Source: Gammaproteobacteria bacterium
GTDB lineage: Bacteria > Pseudomonadota > Gammaproteobacteria > Eutrophobiales > Eutrophobiaceae
Reading direction: 5' to 3'
Assembly (NCBI GenBank): GCA_030835405.1
Contig: JAURPG010000021.1
Coordinates: 4,422 to 68,421 of the forward strand
Length of the DNA: 64,000 nt
This document shows positions 63,122 through 64,000 of this stretch, one piece after another. Every line of letters starts with the position of its first letter. Position 1 is the first letter of the stretch. The translations under genes were made by a program, and so were the position numbers. Below the pieces are notes generated by a model that was not told where the DNA came from, searched no databases, and saw only the letters and a program-made list of their open reading frames with translations.

Positions 63122-63588
63122 TGAGTGCAGTTATTAAACAGGACACTGTCTCATTTCGACCTATGATTGAGTCGGATTTGGAAGAAGTCCTTGTTATCGA
63201 GGACCAGGTTTATAACTTTCCCTGGAGTCGAAAGATTTTCCTTGATTGTTTGCGTGTTGGTTATTGTAGCTGGGTATTGGAATCCGGATATGACCATATA
63301 GATGCTTATGGGATTATGTCTGTGGCAGTTGGTGAATGCCATATTCTTAACCTTTGCGTACATCCAAGATCTCAACGTAAGGGGTATGGTAATGGTTTGT
63401 TATTTCACTTGCTGGATGTGGCAAGAAAACATAACGCAAATATAGCATTCCTGGAAGTTCGTCCATCAAATCAGGCTGCCAGGCACCTTTATCTTGATGC
63501 CGGTTTTAACGACGTAGGTATGCGTCGTAATTATTATCCTGCTAAAGATGGTCGGGAAGATGCGATTATAATGGCACGTACACTTTAA
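63121..63588 (+). CDS. rimI: Ribosomal protein S18 alanine N-acetyltransferase
   Basis: FPWS, HILNLCV, QRKGYG, LEVRPSN, RRNYY, EDAIIM. Confidence 0.93.
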   Translation: MSAVIKQDTVSFRPMIESDLEEVLVIEDQVYNFPWSRKIFLDCLRVGYCSWVLESGYDHIDAYGIMSVAVGECHILNLCVHPRSQRKGYGNGLLFHLLDVARKHNANIAFLEVRPSNQAARHLYLDAGFNDVGMRRNYYPAKDGREDAIIMARTL

Positions 63589-63602
63589 GCTGAATATATA
63601 TT

Positions 63603-64000
63603 ATGAATAAACAATATCCCACATTGGAATCGGCAATTGGTCAAACGCCATTAGTTAGATTACAGAATATTGGTGCGGATACCGGTAATATTCTGCTTGC
63701 CAAGCTGGAAGGCAATAATCCTGCCGGGTCAGTAAAAGACAGGCCAGCAATGAGTATGATTAAATATGCAGAACTGAGAAATGAAATAAAACCCGGTGAT
63801 AGACTGATAGAGGCTACCAGTGGCAATACTGGAATCGCACTCGCAATGGCTGCGGCGATCAAAGGTTATAAAATGGTACTGATTATGCCCGAGCATATGA
63901 GTCTGGAACGACGTGCTGCAATGAAGGCCTTTGGTGCCGAAATTATCCTAGTCAGTAAAGCTGAGGGTATGGAAGGTGCCAGGGACATTGCTGATGAAAT
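63603..64000 (+). CDS. cysM: Cysteine synthase B, partial (runs off window end)
   Basis: Manual translation: IGQTPLVRL, KLEGNNPAGSVKDRPA, IEATSGNTGIALAM, GMEGARD. Confidence 0.93.
   Translation, partial: MNKQYPTLESAIGQTPLVRLQNIGADTGNILLAKLEGNNPAGSVKDRPAMSMIKYAELRNEIKPGDRLIEATSGNTGIALAMAAAIKGYKMVLIMPEHMSLERRAAMKAFGAEIILVSKAEGMEGARDIADE

Overview
Chromosomal window from a Gammaproteobacterium, judged from core gene order (clpB-pgeF-rluD/bamD-nadE, sucCD/pilSR, suhB/trmJ, purM/DUF2066-hda, proS, ilvIHC-psd-pssA-leuA, rimI, cysM). About 27 kb of surface-glycosylation genes sit between pilR and suhB, in two parts. (i) A type IV pilin locus in which a Thr/Ser-rich PilA is flanked by three GT-C-type membrane glycosyltransferases resembling eukaryotic protein O-mannosyltransferases (two TMEM260/DUF2723-like, one TMTC-like) and by polyprenyl-phosphate-sugar synthases, one fused to a GtrA flippase. 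(ii) A Wzm/Wzt polysaccharide operon led by a wHTH-nucleotidyltransferase regulator with a perfect operator; it encodes sulfotransferases, a methyltransferase, two DegT aminotransferases, WbqC, a probable ribofuranosyltransferase and a radical SAM enzyme. Two tandem ~990-aa MFS-like/'spermidine synthase' fusions that look like methyltransferases lie between sucD and nadE. Other signals: a family-4 UDG with a HolD(psi)-like N-terminal peptide, a Psd homolog lacking the GS cleavage motif, a sigma32/hairpin arrangement at clpB, a leuA leader peptide, and three genes broken by single-base lesions (possibly assembly errors). No rRNA, tRNA, CRISPR array or mobile element was seen. All family assignments come from motif recognition by eye; no searches were run.
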